A DNA stretch of 64,000 nt from Gemmatimonadales bacterium (GTDB lineage Bacteria; Gemmatimonadota; Gemmatimonadetes; Gemmatimonadales; GWC2-71-9), in assembly GCA_051955835.1 (NCBI GenBank), contig JBQCGH010000105.1:41242-105241 (forward strand). Direction: 5' to 3'. Below, piece after piece: positions 29,187-39,198 of this stretch (within the stretch, counting starts at the first letter, position 1; the number at the start of each line of letters is the position of its first letter). Made by a program: the position numbers and the translations under genes. The notes under the pieces were generated by a model. It was given only the letters and a program-made list of their open reading frames with translations, was not told the DNA's origin and did no database searches.

Positions 29187-30368
29187 ATGGGTGCGATGGC
29201 ATGGCCCACGAGCCTCGGCGTCGGCATGCTGGTTCTCGCGGTGACCGCCGGGCCGGCGCGAGGCCAGTCATTCGCCGACGTCGACGTCGCGGTCCGGGAC
29301 GGCATCCAGAAGGGGATCTACCCCGGCGCCGTCGTAGTGATCGGACGGCGAAATTCCATCCTCTACGCCAGAGGCTACGGGCACTTCACCTGGAGTCCTG
29401 CCTCCTCCGTCCCTGACCCGGACTCCACGCTCTGGGATATCGCGTCGATCACGAAAATCGTGAGCACCACGAGCGTGGCCATGCGCCTGCTGGACCAGGG
29501 CAAGCTGGATCTGGACGCGCCGGTGCATCGCTACCTGCCCCGCTTCTCGGGCGGACTCAAGAACGATGTCACCGTTCGGATGCTGCTCGATCACACGAGC
29601 GGCCTCAAGAGCTACGTCCCGTTCTACGTCAAGGCGCGCGGCAGCCGGACCCGTACGGTCGACCTGCTCTACGCTCAGCCGCTGGTGCGCCTCCCCGGCG
29701 ACAGCGCCGAGTACAGTGACCTCAACGCACTGCTGCTGGGCCTGATCGAGGAGAAGGTCGCGCACTTGCCGCTGGATCAGCTGGCCCGGCGCGAAGTCTT
29801 CATGCCCCTGCACATGACCCAGACGATGTACCGGCCCTCCTCGAAGCTGAAGCTTCGGATCGCCCCGAGTGGAATCTGGCGGGGGCATCCCGTACCCGGC
29901 GACGTGAACGACCAGAACGCAGTGGCCATGGGCGGTGTTGCCGGTCATGCGGGCGTCTTTTCGACAGGCATGGACCTCGCGCGCTACGCTCAGGTCTGGC
30001 TTCGCTCCGGGGCCGGCCCCAAGGGCCAATGGGTGCAGCCGGAAACTCTGCGTCGCTTCCTCATCAAGGGAACGCACAGCGGCTCCCGGCTGCTCGGGTG
30101 GGACACGCCCGACGCCAAGCCCGATGAGCCGAGCGTGTTCGGCACCCTGGTGAGCACGGCTGCCTACGGCCACACCGGTTTTACGGGCACCGAGCTCTGG
30201 ATCGATCCGGCCCGCGACCTGTTTCTGGTGTTCCTCACGAATCGAGCATTCGACCCGCGGGTCCGCGAGTCCTTGAAGGAGTTGAAGGTGGTGCGGGCCG
30301 CACTCAGCGACGCCACCGTCCGGTTGGTGCCCCATGGCTGCGCACAGGAGCTCATGGCCGGCTGCTGA
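29187..30368 (+). CDS. Serine hydrolase, beta-lactamase (class C / EstB-like) family, secreted
   Basis: Signal peptide MGAMAWPTSLGVGMLVLAVTAGPARG. SITK (SxxK), YSDLN (YxN-like) and GHTGFTG (KTG-like) motifs are present. GGAGA lies upstream of ATG 29187. Confidence 0.85.
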   Translation: MGAMAWPTSLGVGMLVLAVTAGPARGQSFADVDVAVRDGIQKGIYPGAVVVIGRRNSILYARGYGHFTWSPASSVPDPDSTLWDIASITKIVSTTSVAMRLLDQGKLDLDAPVHRYLPRFSGGLKNDVTVRMLLDHTSGLKSYVPFYVKARGSRTRTVDLLYAQPLVRLPGDSAEYSDLNALLLGLIEEKVAHLPLDQLARREVFMPLHMTQTMYRPSSKLKLRIAPSGIWRGHPVPGDVNDQNAVAMGGVAGHAGVFSTGMDLARYAQVWLRSGAGPKGQWVQPETLRRFLIKGTHSGSRLLGWDTPDAKPDEPSVFGTLVSTAAYGHTGFTGTELWIDPARDLFLVFLTNRAFDPRVRESLKELKVVRAALSDATVRLVPHGCAQELMAGC

Positions 30369-30403
30369 CGGCCTGGCCTCGCGCCCGGGCCGGCCGACGG
30401 TGT

Positions 30404-30416
30404 TAGGATAATCCTA
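30404..30416. repeat. 13-nt palindrome TAGGAT-A-ATCCTA abutting the DUF59 start codon (candidate -10 box and/or operator)
   Basis: Read directly. The left arm is a TAnnnT hexamer 6 nt upstream of ATG 30416, and the right arm ends on the A of the ATG. Confidence 0.3.
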
Positions 30417-30760
30417 TGACCGAGACTGGCCCGGGCGCCACGGCCCCAACGCCCGCACTCCCCCCAACGCCCGACACGCTGAGGAAAGCGCTCCGCGCGG
30501 TCAAGGATCCCGAGCTCAACCTCAACATCATCGATATCGGCCTGGTGTACGACATCGAGATCGACGCGTCCGGCGACGTGCGTGTCCGCATGACGCTCAC
30601 GAGTCCGGGATGTCCCGCCGGCACCGAGATCATCGATGACGTGCGGCGCGTGCTCTCCGACATGGAGGGGGTGCGGTCCGTCGAGGTGGAGTTGGTGTGG
30701 GATCCCTACTGGACGCCCGAGAAAATGGATCCGCGGGTCAGGGCGTTCCTCGGATTCTGA
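30416..30760 (+). CDS. DUF59 / SufT-like Fe-S cluster assembly protein (MIP18 family)
   Basis: LRAVKDPELNLNIIDIGLVYDIEID..VRVRMTLTSPGCPAG is the canonical DUF59 core with its conserved Cys. Confidence 0.85.
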   Translation: MTETGPGATAPTPALPPTPDTLRKALRAVKDPELNLNIIDIGLVYDIEIDASGDVRVRMTLTSPGCPAGTEIIDDVRRVLSDMEGVRSVEVELVWDPYWTPEKMDPRVRAFLGF

Positions 30761-30769
30761 CCGCGAAGC

Positions 30770-31930
30770 TCAGGTCCCTTCTCTCGCACCCGCCGCTCGG
30801 GCCGGCTCCGCCACCGCGGCAAGCAACGCTTCCCCGATCTCGCGCACCTGCCATCGCCTGAGCTCAGGCACCCGAGCCAGCGCCTCCACCGATGCGGGCC
30901 GCGCCCGGGCGATCGCCTCCAGCGTGCCGTTCGGGCAGAGCACACCGGGCTGCAGGTCCAGCTCGGTCGCCAGTCGGTTGCGCACGACCTTGAGACGTTC
31001 CAGCGCGGCGTCGAACGCAGCGTCGTAGGCCCGCCGGGGGCGGCGATCGACTCGGGGAAGGTCGCGCTCCGGGACTTCCTGGCCCCGACGGATCGCTCCG
31101 AGCAGATCCCGGCCCCGGCGCTCGGCCTGGTCGGCGCTGATGCCGGGGATTGCCTTGATGCCGCTGATGTCGGCGGGCGGATGCTTGGCCATTGCCAGCA
31201 TCGGCTCGTTGCCCAGCACTCGGAATGTGGCGCGGTCCAGTCGCTGCGCGACACCGTCGCGCCAGTCATACAGCTCTCGGAGGATGGCGAGCTCACGCCC
31301 CTTCAGGGCTTTCGCGCCCTTGAGCCGGAGATATCCCGGCTCCTGGTCGCTCGGACCACCCCGGATGTTTTCCAGCGCCTGGAACTCCTCCATCGCCCAG
31401 TCCAGCCGCCCCCGGGCCTCGAGCTGCCCGCGTAACAGATCCCTGAGCTCCGGCAGGTGCTCCGTGTCGGACGCGGCGTAGTCGAGCATGCCCGACGACA
31501 GTGGGCGGGCCGACCAGTCCGCACGTTGGAACCGCTTGTCGAGCCGAATCCCCAGGTACTTCTCCAGCAGCGCCGCCAGTCCGACCCCCGGCTCGTTGAG
31601 CAACTGCGCCGCGATCCGCGTGTCGAACAGGTGTGTCGCGCGGAAGCCGTATTCCCGGTCGAGCAGGCGGAGATCGTAGTCCGCATCGTGGAACACGGCC
31701 TCAATCCCGCGGTCGACCAGCACTTGGCCGAGAGGTGCCAGGCTCTCCACGGCGAGTGGGTCAATGACCGCCGTCTCCGCTCGAGAGCTGATCTGAAGCA
31801 GATAAATCCGATCGGTGTAGCGGTGAAAGCTCGCGGCCTCGGTGTCGAGCGCGAGGAGCGGCGCGCCTTCGAGGCGCGTGAAGAGTGCTTCCAGCTCGGG
31901 CTGCGACTGAATCAGGAGCGGGGGACTCAC
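30770..31930 (-). CDS. rnd: Ribonuclease D (DEDD 3'-5' exonuclease + HRDC)
   Basis: LALDTEAASFHRY, FHDADYDLRLL, RADWSARPL and YAASDTEHL are DEDDy motifs, followed by HRDC-like C-terminal repeats. The GTG start overlaps the upstream small ORF stop (GTGA). Confidence 0.85.
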   Translation of the reverse strand: MSPPLLIQSQPELEALFTRLEGAPLLALDTEAASFHRYTDRIYLLQISSRAETAVIDPLAVESLAPLGQVLVDRGIEAVFHDADYDLRLLDREYGFRATHLFDTRIAAQLLNEPGVGLAALLEKYLGIRLDKRFQRADWSARPLSSGMLDYAASDTEHLPELRDLLRGQLEARGRLDWAMEEFQALENIRGGPSDQEPGYLRLKGAKALKGRELAILRELYDWRDGVAQRLDRATFRVLGNEPMLAMAKHPPADISGIKAIPGISADQAERRGRDLLGAIRRGQEVPERDLPRVDRRPRRAYDAAFDAALERLKVVRNRLATELDLQPGVLCPNGTLEAIARARPASVEALARVPELRRWQVREIGEALLAAVAEPARAAGAREGT

Positions 31931-32097
31931 TCGGCGCGCGAGACCTGCTCGAGCCCCGCCGCGATCTCGTCGAGTGCCTTCGACAGCGCCTTGTAGAATT
32001 CGGCGTCGGCCTGCGGGGTGCCGCCCATCGCGGCGTCCATCTGAATCTTTCGCGCGAGCTTGGCGGCGTGTCGGATGTAGTCCGTGGCGGGCTTCAT
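31927..32097 (-). CDS. Small hypothetical protein (56 aa) co-transcribed with rnd
   Basis: MKPATDYIRHAAKLARKIQMDAAMGGTPQADAEFYKALSKALDEIAAGLEQVSRAE is helical and non-shadow in composition. Its stop is coupled to the rnd start. The start is uncertain: the track ORF extends to 32229, but that would overlap the divergent gene start. Confidence 0.4.
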   Translation of the reverse strand: MKPATDYIRHAAKLARKIQMDAAMGGTPQADAEFYKALSKALDEIAAGLEQVSRAE

Positions 32098-32218
32098 AGG
32101 GGATGGGGACGGTGAGGACGGAGCGAACGGAGAAGTGATCTCCGCGGGGTCATCGGAAGTGTAGCCGCCCTCTTCGCTTTTCGCTCGTCTCAACGTCCTC
32201 GATGCTCTATCTTCGGAC

Positions 32219-33427
32219 ATGCCCACCACCGGCGATATCGACCTGCTCGTCTACCCCGACGAGTGCGACGCCTTCGGACACCTGAACCAGGCCTCCTTTC
32301 TCAGCTTGTTCGAGCGCGCCCGCTGGGAGATGTTGGTCCGCGGCCCGGGCATGGACGTGTTTACGCGGTCCGGTGCATGGCCCGCAGTTCGCAAGACCGT
32401 CATCGACTATCACGCCGCCGCCTTTCCCGGCGATGTCCTCCGCTTCCACCAGACGCTCACGCATCACGGTCGCACCAGCTTCACGATGCGGCAAACCGCG
32501 CGCCGCGTTCGGGACGACGCTCTGATCGCGACGGCGGAATTCGTCTTCGTGTGCATCAACCGGGATGGCCGCCCGGTGCCGGTGCCGGCGGCCTTCGGCG
32601 ATTTCGTGCAACCGCGGCCTGGCGCCGGAGGCGCCCAGCGTCTCACCGTGAACGGCGTAAGCCTCGCGGTGGAGGTGTGCGGCGACGGCCCCGCCATTCT
32701 CTTCGTCCACGGGTACCCCTTCAACCGAACCGTCTGGACGGATCAGTTGGAGCAGCTGGACGGCTATCGTCGCATCGCCCCCGATCTTCGCGGCATGGGC
32801 GAGTCCGACGCCCCGGATCTGGGGTACGCGATGAGCACCTACGCGGCCGATCTTGCGGCGCTCCTCGATGTGCTGGGCGAGCAGGAGGTGGTGCTCTGCG
32901 GGCTGTCTATGGGCGGCTACGTGGCATTCGAGTTTGTGCGACACTGGCGAGACCGTGTCCGGGGTCTGATTCTAGTCGACACCCGTGCGGAGGCCGATGG
33001 CGCCGAGGCCCGACGCGCTCGAGACGCAGCCGCCACGCTGGCGCGTGAGAGCGGGGCCGAAGCCGTGGCGGACGCCATGCTGCCGAAGATCCTGGCGGAG
33101 ACCACGATGCAGCGATCGCCAGAGGTGTCCGCGCGGATCCGGGCCATGATGGCGGCCACGCCGGTTGCCGGCCTTGTGGGGGCGCTGGCCGCCATGCGGG
33201 ACCGTCCGGACAGCACAGGGCTGCTGCCCACCCTGGCCGGGCTTCCTACGCTCGTCATCGTGGGCAAAGAGGACAGCTTGACCCCGCCGGAGGCGGCGCG
33301 GCGAATCGTCGCCGCTATTCCTGGGGCCCGCCTGACCGTCATCGACGGGGCCGCGCACGTCCCGCCGGTCGAGCGCCCTCGCGAGACCACCGCGGCTATT
33401 CAGGAGTTCCTTCGCATCGTCGGGTGA
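32219..33427 (+). CDS. Fusion protein: N-terminal 4HBT/YbgC-like hotdog acyl-CoA thioesterase + C-terminal alpha/beta hydrolase
   Basis: The N-terminal ~135 aa (YPDECDAFGHLNQASFLSLFERARWEML...) are hotdog thioesterase-like. The C-terminal part (ILFVHGYPFNRTVW..., GLSMGGYVAFEF = GxSxG, ...IDGAAHVPPVERP) is a hydrolase fold. Confidence 0.8.
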   Translation: MPTTGDIDLLVYPDECDAFGHLNQASFLSLFERARWEMLVRGPGMDVFTRSGAWPAVRKTVIDYHAAAFPGDVLRFHQTLTHHGRTSFTMRQTARRVRDDALIATAEFVFVCINRDGRPVPVPAAFGDFVQPRPGAGGAQRLTVNGVSLAVEVCGDGPAILFVHGYPFNRTVWTDQLEQLDGYRRIAPDLRGMGESDAPDLGYAMSTYAADLAALLDVLGEQEVVLCGLSMGGYVAFEFVRHWRDRVRGLILVDTRAEADGAEARRARDAAATLARESGAEAVADAMLPKILAETTMQRSPEVSARIRAMMAATPVAGLVGALAAMRDRPDSTGLLPTLAGLPTLVIVGKEDSLTPPEAARRIVAAIPGARLTVIDGAAHVPPVERPRETTAAIQEFLRIVG

Positions 33428-33611
33428 AACCTTTTCCGGGGGACCCGCGTTGTGAGAACGGCGGCGAACGCCATTCCAGGTGTCTCCGCTGATCGTCCTA
33501 CCATTACGGCTCCGGGGTCGCGGCCAAGCAGTTCGATCCCGGGGCCGCTCTCCTCCCAGGCCGGGCGATCGTGTTGCCACCGTGCACAGGATGAAGGCCG
33601 AAACGCACAAC

Positions 33612-33633
33612 GGGAGCTCCGCACGGAGCTCCC
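33612..33633. terminator. Hairpin GGGAGCTCCG-CA-CGGAGCTCCC followed by TTTCTGT; likely bidirectional terminator between convergent genes
   Basis: Read directly. 8-10 bp GC-rich stem with a T-run on the plus side. It lies 27 nt beyond the ferredoxin stop on the minus side. Confidence 0.55.
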
Positions 33634-33659
33634 TTTCTGTATGCCGAGGCTACGGCCCG

Positions 33660-33923
33660 CTACCGCTTGGGACGACCGGGAGGCGTGTCGCTGTTGAAGA
33701 TCTCGCGGTTCTTCTCGATGAACGAGGTCATGTTCGGCGGTACGTCCTCCTCGGGGAAGATGGCCGTCACCGGGCACTCCGGCTCGCACGCGCCGCAGTC
33801 GATACACTCGTCGGGATGGATATACAACTGATCCTCGCCCTCGTAGATGCAGTCCACGGGACACACGTCTACGCAGGCGCGGTCTTTCACCCCGATGCAT
33901 GCCTCGGCGATCACGTACGTCAT
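33660..33923 (-). CDS. fdxA: 7Fe ferredoxin ([3Fe-4S][4Fe-4S])
   Basis: [27 protein letters not shown]...[13 protein letters not shown] is the classical 7Fe FdxA cysteine spacing. GGAGG lies upstream. Confidence 0.9.
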   Translation of the reverse strand: MTYVIAEACIGVKDRACVDVCPVDCIYEGEDQLYIHPDECIDCGACEPECPVTAIFPEEDVPPNMTSFIEKNREIFNSDTPPGRPKR

Positions 33924-34162
33924 TGCGCGGGCCCCTCCGAAGTTGCCGACTCGAGCATCGCGTCGCTCAGAAGACGCGGCATTCCGGTAGGTATACGAAA
34001 GTGCCTAGGGTGGCGCAAGGGGCGTAAACTCTGCCGAATGGCGTTGCACCAGCACGGTTTGGCGCGGCGCCTGAATTCGCCTTGTGCTCCATCGAGCGTG
34101 TCGTTCGGCCGATTGACCGCGCCACTTGGCATCGGTGTGTCGAACGGAGCTCAGCTGGAATG

Positions 34163-34735
34163 CTAGAGCAATCCGCTCAGCGGCGAAGCGTAGCTGGTAT
34201 TGCGATCCTCGGGCGGCCCGTACCGGCCATCGGGGCCATGGAGCCGGTGCCACTCCTCGCGCAGACAGAAGGGGTCTAGACCATGCGGTCGGTCGACCGC
34301 CAGCACGCCGTCGAGGTGGTCGATCTCGTGCTGCAGCAACTCCGCGCGATCGCCGTCGAGATCCAGCTCGAGCCAGTCGCCCTTCGTGTCCTGATAACGG
34401 ACCCGGATCCGGTACGCGCGCGACACCCGCACGAGGAGGTTGGGGAACGAGAAGCAATCGTCCCAGACCTCGAAGTCCTCGTTCCCGATGTCGACGATCT
34501 CTGGGTTGATGAGGGCCCACGGCTTGTCGAGCTCGCAGTAGACCATGCGGACCGGCGCGCCAATCTGTGGCGCGGCGATGGCGCGCCCGCTTCCAAAGCG
34601 TGACTGCCAGTCCCGAAGCGTTTCCCGCATGTCATCCAAAATCACCCGGACGGCAGTGGACTTGGGCTTCGTGATCGGCTCGCATTTGGCGCGCAGAATC
34701 GGATCGCCCAGTAAACGGATGCGGTGGATGGTCAT
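34163..34735 (-). CDS. def: Peptide deformylase (divergent motif 2)
   Basis: GRAIAAPQIG (motif 1), DDCFSFP (motif 2, canonical EGCLS) and QHEIDHLDG (motif 3, HExxH). Confidence 0.85.
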   Translation of the reverse strand: MTIHRIRLLGDPILRAKCEPITKPKSTAVRVILDDMRETLRDWQSRFGSGRAIAAPQIGAPVRMVYCELDKPWALINPEIVDIGNEDFEVWDDCFSFPNLLVRVSRAYRIRVRYQDTKGDWLELDLDGDRAELLQHEIDHLDGVLAVDRPHGLDPFCLREEWHRLHGPDGRYGPPEDRNTSYASPLSGLL

Positions 34736-34845
34736 GGATGAGCCTTTCGGGAGGGCGATTGCCCCGAGATTCTAGCCGAGTACTGCTAAGCCAATATGGG
34801 ATCTCCCTTGCACCCGGGCCAGCAGGGCACATCGGCAACATATAA

Positions 34846-34862
34846 GTAGTATAGCATACTAC
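34846..34862. repeat. 7-3-7 palindrome GTAGTAT-AGC-ATACTAC in the AT-rich def/sufR intergenic region (candidate operator)
   Basis: Read directly. It is overlapped on the left by CAAC-ATATAA-GTAG (34836-34849). Confidence 0.3.
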
Positions 34863-34958
34863 CTTACAAATATTCTATGCTGATTGGCCGTCGTTTATCC
34901 CAGTAATAGCCCATGGGACAATAGCTTGTGGTGTTTCGCACCAATTATATTGTACAAA

Positions 34959-34987
34959 TTGACAATCCCGACTTCTGCACTTAACAT
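34959..34987 (+). promoter_or_regulatory. Sigma-70-type promoter of the sufR operon: TTGACA - 17 nt - TAACAT
   Basis: Consensus -35 at 34959-34964, a 17-nt spacer, then a TAnnnT -10 at 34982-34987 ending 8 nt before ATG 34996. This implies a leaderless or very short-leader transcript. Confidence 0.5.
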
Positions 34988-34995
34988 TCGATCAT

Positions 34996-35669
34996 ATGGG
35001 AGCTTCTTTGCCTCTGGCGGCCGACGCCGTCTCTCCTGGCACTCGCAAGAGTCCTCGACACGCCGTGCTGGTCGAGCTCAAGCGAGCGCGGCGTCTCACC
35101 GTGAAGGGCCTGGCCCAACGCCTTGGTGTCTCCCTGAATGCTGCTCGGCATCACTTGAAGGAGCTGGAAGCAGAAGGTCTGGTGGCCTACGAGCGGGAGC
35201 ATCATGGGGTAGGCGCGCCGGCGCACGCCTATGGCCTCACCGCCGACGGGGAGGCGCTTTTTCCGCGCCGTTACGAGGCAACCCTGACGGCGCTCCTCGA
35301 TCATTTGATCGAGCGAGATGAGCGCGAAACCGCCGTTGCATTGCTCGAATCCCGGTTCGCCGACCTGAGTCGCCGGCTACGGGCTGAGCTTTCGCAGCGT
35401 CCGCCCAGCGAGCGCCTCCAGGCGCTCGGCCAGGCCTTATCTGAAGAGGGCTATATGGCGGAGGTGGCGGACCGAGACGGTGTCGTCACGCTGACTGAAC
35501 ACAATTGCGCCATTCCAGCGGTCGCCAAGCGGTTTCCCGAGATCTGTGCCGCCGAGGCCCGCTTCCTCGCCGAAGTGCTCGGGGCCGAGGTCGACCGGCG
35601 GGAGCACATGCTGGCCGGCTGCAGCACCTGCGAATACCACGTGCGGTTCAACACCGCTCAGGAGAAGGC

Positions 35670-35673
<4 letters not shown>
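34996..35673 (+). CDS. sufR: SufR-type Fe-S cluster-sensing transcriptional regulator
   Basis: Winged-helix N-terminus ([30 protein letters not shown]) plus a C-terminal Cys cluster (C-x12-C-x24-C-x2-C). It is the first gene of the suf operon and is ATGA-coupled to sufB. Confidence 0.8.
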
Positions 35674-37109
<1,436 letters not shown>

Positions 37110-37128
37110 CCACGGGGAGACGCAAAGA

Positions 37129-37887
37129 GTGCTGGAAATCAGAGACCTTCGCGCGAGCGCAGGCGACAAGGAGATCCTCAGGGGCATCGACCTCACGGTC
37201 AATCCCGGCGAAGTGCATGCGGTCATGGGACCCAATGGCTCCGGCAAGAGCACGCTCGCCCAGGTCCTGGCGGGTCACCCTGCGTACGAGGTCACCGGTG
37301 GGTCGATCCGGTACCGTGGCCAGGACCTCCTCGAGCTCGAGCCTGAGGCGCGGGCCCAGGCGGGTCTGTTCCTGGCGTTTCAGTATCCGGTCGAGATCCC
37401 GGGTGTCAGCCACGCGTATTTCCTCCGGGCTGCGTACAACGAGATCCGAAAGGCGAACGGGCTCGACGAAGTGGATTCGATGGACTTTCTCGACCTCCTC
37501 GAGGAGAAGCTCAAGGTCGTGGAATGGGAGCCGGAGATCATGAGCCGGGCGGTCAACTCGGGATTTTCGGGCGGCGAAAAGAAGCGCAACGAAATTCTGC
37601 AGATGGCTGTGCTGGAGCCGACCCTGGCCATCCTCGACGAGACCGATTCCGGCCTCGACATCGACGCGCTCCGTATCGTCGCGGCGGGGGTGAACAAGCT
37701 GCGGCGGCCGGACAACGCCACCATCGTCGTGACGCACTATCAGCGGCTGCTCAACTACATCGTACCCGATTTCGTTCACGTGCTCTCGGCAGGACGTATC
37801 GTCAAGTCGGGCGGTAAGGAGCTCGCCCTCGAGCTCGAGGCCCGGGGTTATGAGTGGCTGGAGGACGAGGTGGGAGCCGCTTCGTGA
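37129..37887 (+). CDS. sufC: Fe-S cluster assembly ATPase SufC
   Basis: Walker A GPNGSGKST, signature FSGGEKKR and Walker B ILDETDSGLD. GTG 37129 (VLEIRDL...) has GGGGAGA upstream. The alternative GTG 37099 overlaps the sufB end. Confidence 0.93.
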   Translation: MLEIRDLRASAGDKEILRGIDLTVNPGEVHAVMGPNGSGKSTLAQVLAGHPAYEVTGGSIRYRGQDLLELEPEARAQAGLFLAFQYPVEIPGVSHAYFLRAAYNEIRKANGLDEVDSMDFLDLLEEKLKVVEWEPEIMSRAVNSGFSGGEKKRNEILQMAVLEPTLAILDETDSGLDIDALRIVAAGVNKLRRPDNATIVVTHYQRLLNYIVPDFVHVLSAGRIVKSGGKELALELEARGYEWLEDEVGAAS

Positions 37888-39191
37888 GCGAAGCTTTCGT
37901 TCAGGAGTTCGAGGCGCGGGCCGGCGCGGCGACCGCTGAGGGACCGGAGTGGCTGGAGCCGATCCGGCGGGCGGCCATGACGCAGTTTGCGCTGACTGGA
38001 TTTCCCGGCGCGCGGGATGAAGAGTGGCGCTTCACGCCCATCGCCCCGATCGCCCAGGGCACCTGGCGGCCGGCCCAGGCTAGCGCGCGTGAGGTGAGCC
38101 CAGAGCAGCTCGCGCCCTTCCTCTTCGGGCGTGACGACTGGCCCACCCTCGTGTTCGTGAACGGGACATACGCGGAGGGTCTGAGCCGGACCGGCTCCCT
38201 GCCGCCGGCGGTTCGGGCGGGCAGTCTGGCCGACATGCTTCGTGTCGACGGCGCCTGGCTCGAGACCCATCTGGCGCGCCACGCGCCGGTCGAAGGGTCT
38301 CCCTTTACCGCGCTCAATACCGCTTTCTTCGACGATGGCGCTGTCGTGCACGTCGCCGCGGGCGCCGAGCTCAGCGCGCCCGTGCACGTCCTCTTCGTGA
38401 CCACCGCGGAGGCCGGCGGCGCGGTCGTGCATCCGCGGAACTTGCTGGTGATCGAGCGCGGTGCCCGGGCCGCCATCATCGAGAGCTACGTCACGCTGGC
38501 CCTCGGTCAATCGTACTGGACCAACCCGGTGACCGAGGTGAGTGTGGGGCCTGGGGCCTGGGTCGAGCACACCCGCATCCAGCGCGAGAGCGAGCGCGCA
38601 TATCATGTCGGGCTCACCCACGTCGACCAACATCGCGACAGCCACTATCGGTCGTTCACGCTGGCGATGGGCGGGGCGCTGGCGCGGCACAACCTGCACG
38701 TCCGTCTCAATGACGAAAACATCGAGACCCTGATGTACGGCCTGTATCTCACGCGTGGTGAACAGGTGGCCGATAACCACACCGCCATCTACCACGACCA
38801 GCCACACTGCCGGAGCTGGGAAGTCTACAAGGGCATCCTCGACGGACGCTCCCGCGCGGTCTTCAACGGCAAGGTCTTCGTCAAGCCCGAGGCGCAGAAG
38901 ACTGATGCCAAACAGACCAACCGCAACCTGCTGCTGAGCAATGGGGCCAAGGTGGATACCAAGCCCCAGCTCGAGATTTTCGCCGACGACGTGAAGTGCA
39001 CGCACGGCGCCACCGTAGGCCGGCTCGACGAGCTGGCGCGGTTCTACGCCCGGAGCCGCGGCATCCCGGCCGCGGCCGCCGACCGTCTGCTGACTTATGC
39101 GTTCGCCGCGGAAGTGATCGACGAGGTCGCGCTCGCCCCGGTTCGTACGGAGCTCGATCGGCTGGTGCTCGATCGCCTTGGGGGTCTCTGA
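37884..39191 (+). CDS. sufD: Fe-S cluster assembly protein SufD
   Basis: The beta-helix C-terminal region ...NGKVFVKPEAQKTDAKQTNRNLLLS..AKVDTKPQLEIFADDVKCTHGATVG is the SufD/SufB signature. The GTG overlaps the sufC stop (GTGA). Confidence 0.9.
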   Translation: MSEAFVQEFEARAGAATAEGPEWLEPIRRAAMTQFALTGFPGARDEEWRFTPIAPIAQGTWRPAQASAREVSPEQLAPFLFGRDDWPTLVFVNGTYAEGLSRTGSLPPAVRAGSLADMLRVDGAWLETHLARHAPVEGSPFTALNTAFFDDGAVVHVAAGAELSAPVHVLFVTTAEAGGAVVHPRNLLVIERGARAAIIESYVTLALGQSYWTNPVTEVSVGPGAWVEHTRIQRESERAYHVGLTHVDQHRDSHYRSFTLAMGGALARHNLHVRLNDENIETLMYGLYLTRGEQVADNHTAIYHDQPHCRSWEVYKGILDGRSRAVFNGKVFVKPEAQKTDAKQTNRNLLLSNGAKVDTKPQLEIFADDVKCTHGATVGRLDELARFYARSRGIPAAAADRLLTYAFAAEVIDEVALAPVRTELDRLVLDRLGGL

Positions 39192-39198
39192 GCTCGCC

